Origin: Balamuthia mandrillaris
Taxonomy: Eukaryota
Length of the DNA: 64,000 bases
Direction: 5' to 3'
Assembly (NCBI GenBank): GCA_031835245.2
Contig: JAVKOQ020000053.1
Location: 1-64,000, forward strand
Numbering within the stretch: position 1 is the stretch's first letter; the number at the start of each line of letters is the position of its first letter. Shown one piece after another: positions 61,767 through 64,000 of the stretch. Under the pieces are notes generated by a model. The model made no database searches and had not been told where the DNA came from. It saw only the letters and a list, made by a program, of their open reading frames with translations. Both the position numbers and the translations under genes were made by a program.

Positions 61767-64000
61767 ATGCAAAAGATGGATGCCCCTTGTTTGGCCGAGA
61801 AAGAGGATGACGACCTATGTTTACACCGTGGGCTCAACGAACAACAGCTACGAGTCATCAAAGCTCCAGTATGGCAGCCCTTGATGGTCAGTGCTGGCCC
61901 AGGAACAGGTTCGTCTCCTCGCTCAACGGAAGTTTCAACTCTCTTCTGCTTTCAAGTTGGTTCACGTAGAGGTCTTTTTTAATTAAAAAACCAACAGGAA
62001 AGACCATCACTTTGTGCCATAGAATCATAGAACTCATTGAAAGGGGGAACGTAGACCCCAAAACCATACTTGCCATTACCTTCACACGTAAAGCGGCTGA
62101 GGAGATGAAGGAGAGACTCCATCGCGTCCTCAACGAGAGCAGTTCTCGGTGGAAGAGCAGTCACGTCACCGTCACCAACTTTCACAGCTTTTGTTTGAAG
62201 GTGTTGCGACGTTATGCCAACAAAATGCAAGCAATGGGAGGAGCAGGAAGAGGTGAGAGAGGTGCAAGCGAGAAGGGCCATGGCTCCTTCATAGCACAGC
62301 TGGAACGAACCGCGGATACCAACTTTGATATCGTGAGCGGAAAGCAGCAGTTTGTTATCATGAGAGAGTGCGTCAAGGAATGGTTTTTGGAGAAAAAACG
62401 GCAGAGCAAAGAAAAGGAGACAGAAGATGAAAGTGGAGAACAGGCGGAGCAAAGAGGGAAAGCGGAGGCGAAAGGACAGGAAGAAGAGTCGGCAATTCGA
62501 AAGTGTGCCCGTTATTTTGTAGCTTTTGTAGGGAAGAGCAAAGCAAACCTCTCGATCCTCGCTGATGATGACGAAGCTAGTATGGCAATATCTACGAGCT
62601 TGCTGCAGTCCTTTACAGAAAATGAAGGCAAGTCTTTGAATGAGCAACAGCTGATGTGTGGAGAAAGGTATGTTTTAACACGATGCATATGTTCTGTGGC
62701 AAAGTTCTTACTATTGCATAACACTATCAACCACAACAAGCATGGCACAATGGGATGAGATGCACAAATTCGTGTATCGCCAGTACAACAAGAAATTGCG
62801 AGAACGTAATGCCATTGACTTTCCTGGTATTGTTCCTACTTTGTGCTTTTCTCTTGGTAGCCATTGCACTAACGTCAAGGAACAAAGATATGCTTAGAGA
62901 AGTCGTTCGCCTCTTTGTCGCGCGCCCGAATATATTGCTACAGTACCAAAAGTTGTTTGCCGTCGTGCTTGTTGACGAATTTCAAGACACCTCTTTCATT
63001 CAATGGGAGCTTATTCGTCTGCTCACCGCTGGAACACGACAATTGACCGTCATTGGAGACCCTGATCAGGTTATTATAACGAATTGTTTTGCTGCTCGCA
63101 GGGTGCTGACGACTGCTTTGCTCGCAAGACAATTTATAGTTTCAGAGGTACAGACTTTCACAATTGGAAACGGTTTGATACAGTCTTTGGGAATAGAGTC
63201 CTGCGAATCAACCTTGAGCAAAACTATAGATGTTCTAAGAATGTGCGTAGAATGTTGTCTGTAAGCTCTGTATTTCTCTCTTTTAACTTGAATGATTTTG
63301 TGTTGCATTAAGATCCTCTCTGTCGCTCAGCGATTGATACAACACAACTCGTATGAAGAGGCCACATCAGAACCGCATATGAAAGAAGAGGTGGGCATGC
63401 GAAAGTTTCTCTGGACAGCCAATGCAACGGGTGAACCTGTGCATATTTTGGCCTGCTCTTTGGCAAGTAAGGAGATAAGTCAAGTGGTGGATATGATCCA
63501 GCAACAGAAGAAAGAGGGTAATTACAGTTACGGTGACATGGCGGTGCTTTTCAGGAATTATGCTTGCATTGCTTCACCTTATGCAGTGGATGATAAATCT
63601 CAACGCTTTGGAGTTCAGGCCTTTGTGGAAGAGCTAAAGAGGAGAGGAATACCCTACGAACTGCTTGGCAAAGGTCGAGGGGGTTATCGCAGAGAAACAA
63701 AAACAAAAGTCAATGGAGATTCACAACACGTCACATTTGTTTGGAATAGAGGCCAAGACAAACAGTGGCGAGAGAGTCCTGAGGTTCAGTTTGTTTTGGC
63801 GCATTTGAAGTTAATCGCTAATCCTAACGACGATGGTTCCTTCCGCACTGTGTTCGATGTGCATGTTTCCAACTTTGCCACTGGTAACATTCAACTGTTT
63901 TCCTTTACTTCTTATTTCTCATTCTTGATATTTTAGTCGATAAAAGGAATGTTTTGGAGGAACTTGAAGCCATTGCGAACCGTGATGGTCTCTCGTTGTT
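61767..64000 (+). CDS. UvrD/PcrA/Srs2-family SF1 DNA helicase, runs off the window
   Basis: LNEQQ, AGPGT|GKT, ILAITFTRKAAEEMKERL, NFHSFC, VDEFQD, VIGDPDQ, IYSFRG, LEQNYR, AVLFR. Confidence 0.93.

Overview
Eukaryotic, intron-rich, gene-dense DNA. An amoebozoan such as Balamuthia or Acanthamoeba is my inference from gene content and (GA)n-filled introns; it is not verified. There are two compartments. (1) 1-~13.7 kb is CpG-depleted, probably methylated DNA: the 3' part of a decayed 28S rRNA copy, then PIF/Harbinger-type transposon relics (DDE_Tnp_4 transposase plus Myb ORF, partly duplicated in inverted orientation) and three families of solo-LTR-like elements with 4-bp target-site duplications. 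(2) ~14-64 kb holds about 20 tightly packed spliced genes. Main findings: a 6.9-kb inversion (21295-28213) bounded by a 4-bp inverted microhomology splits a TRAF7-like gene and a secreted-protein gene, and both are restored in frame on re-inversion; a RasGEF is fused to two bacterial-type XylR_N/V4R sensor domains; a YTH domain is fused to tandem RlaP-like nucleotidyltransferase domains. Also present are a thioredoxin fused to an apparently dead alpha/beta-hydrolase, a SPRY-DCN1 fusion, a CEP135-like protein and a motif shared by three bidirectional promoters. Gene models were spliced by eye and family calls come from remembered motifs; no database searches were run.
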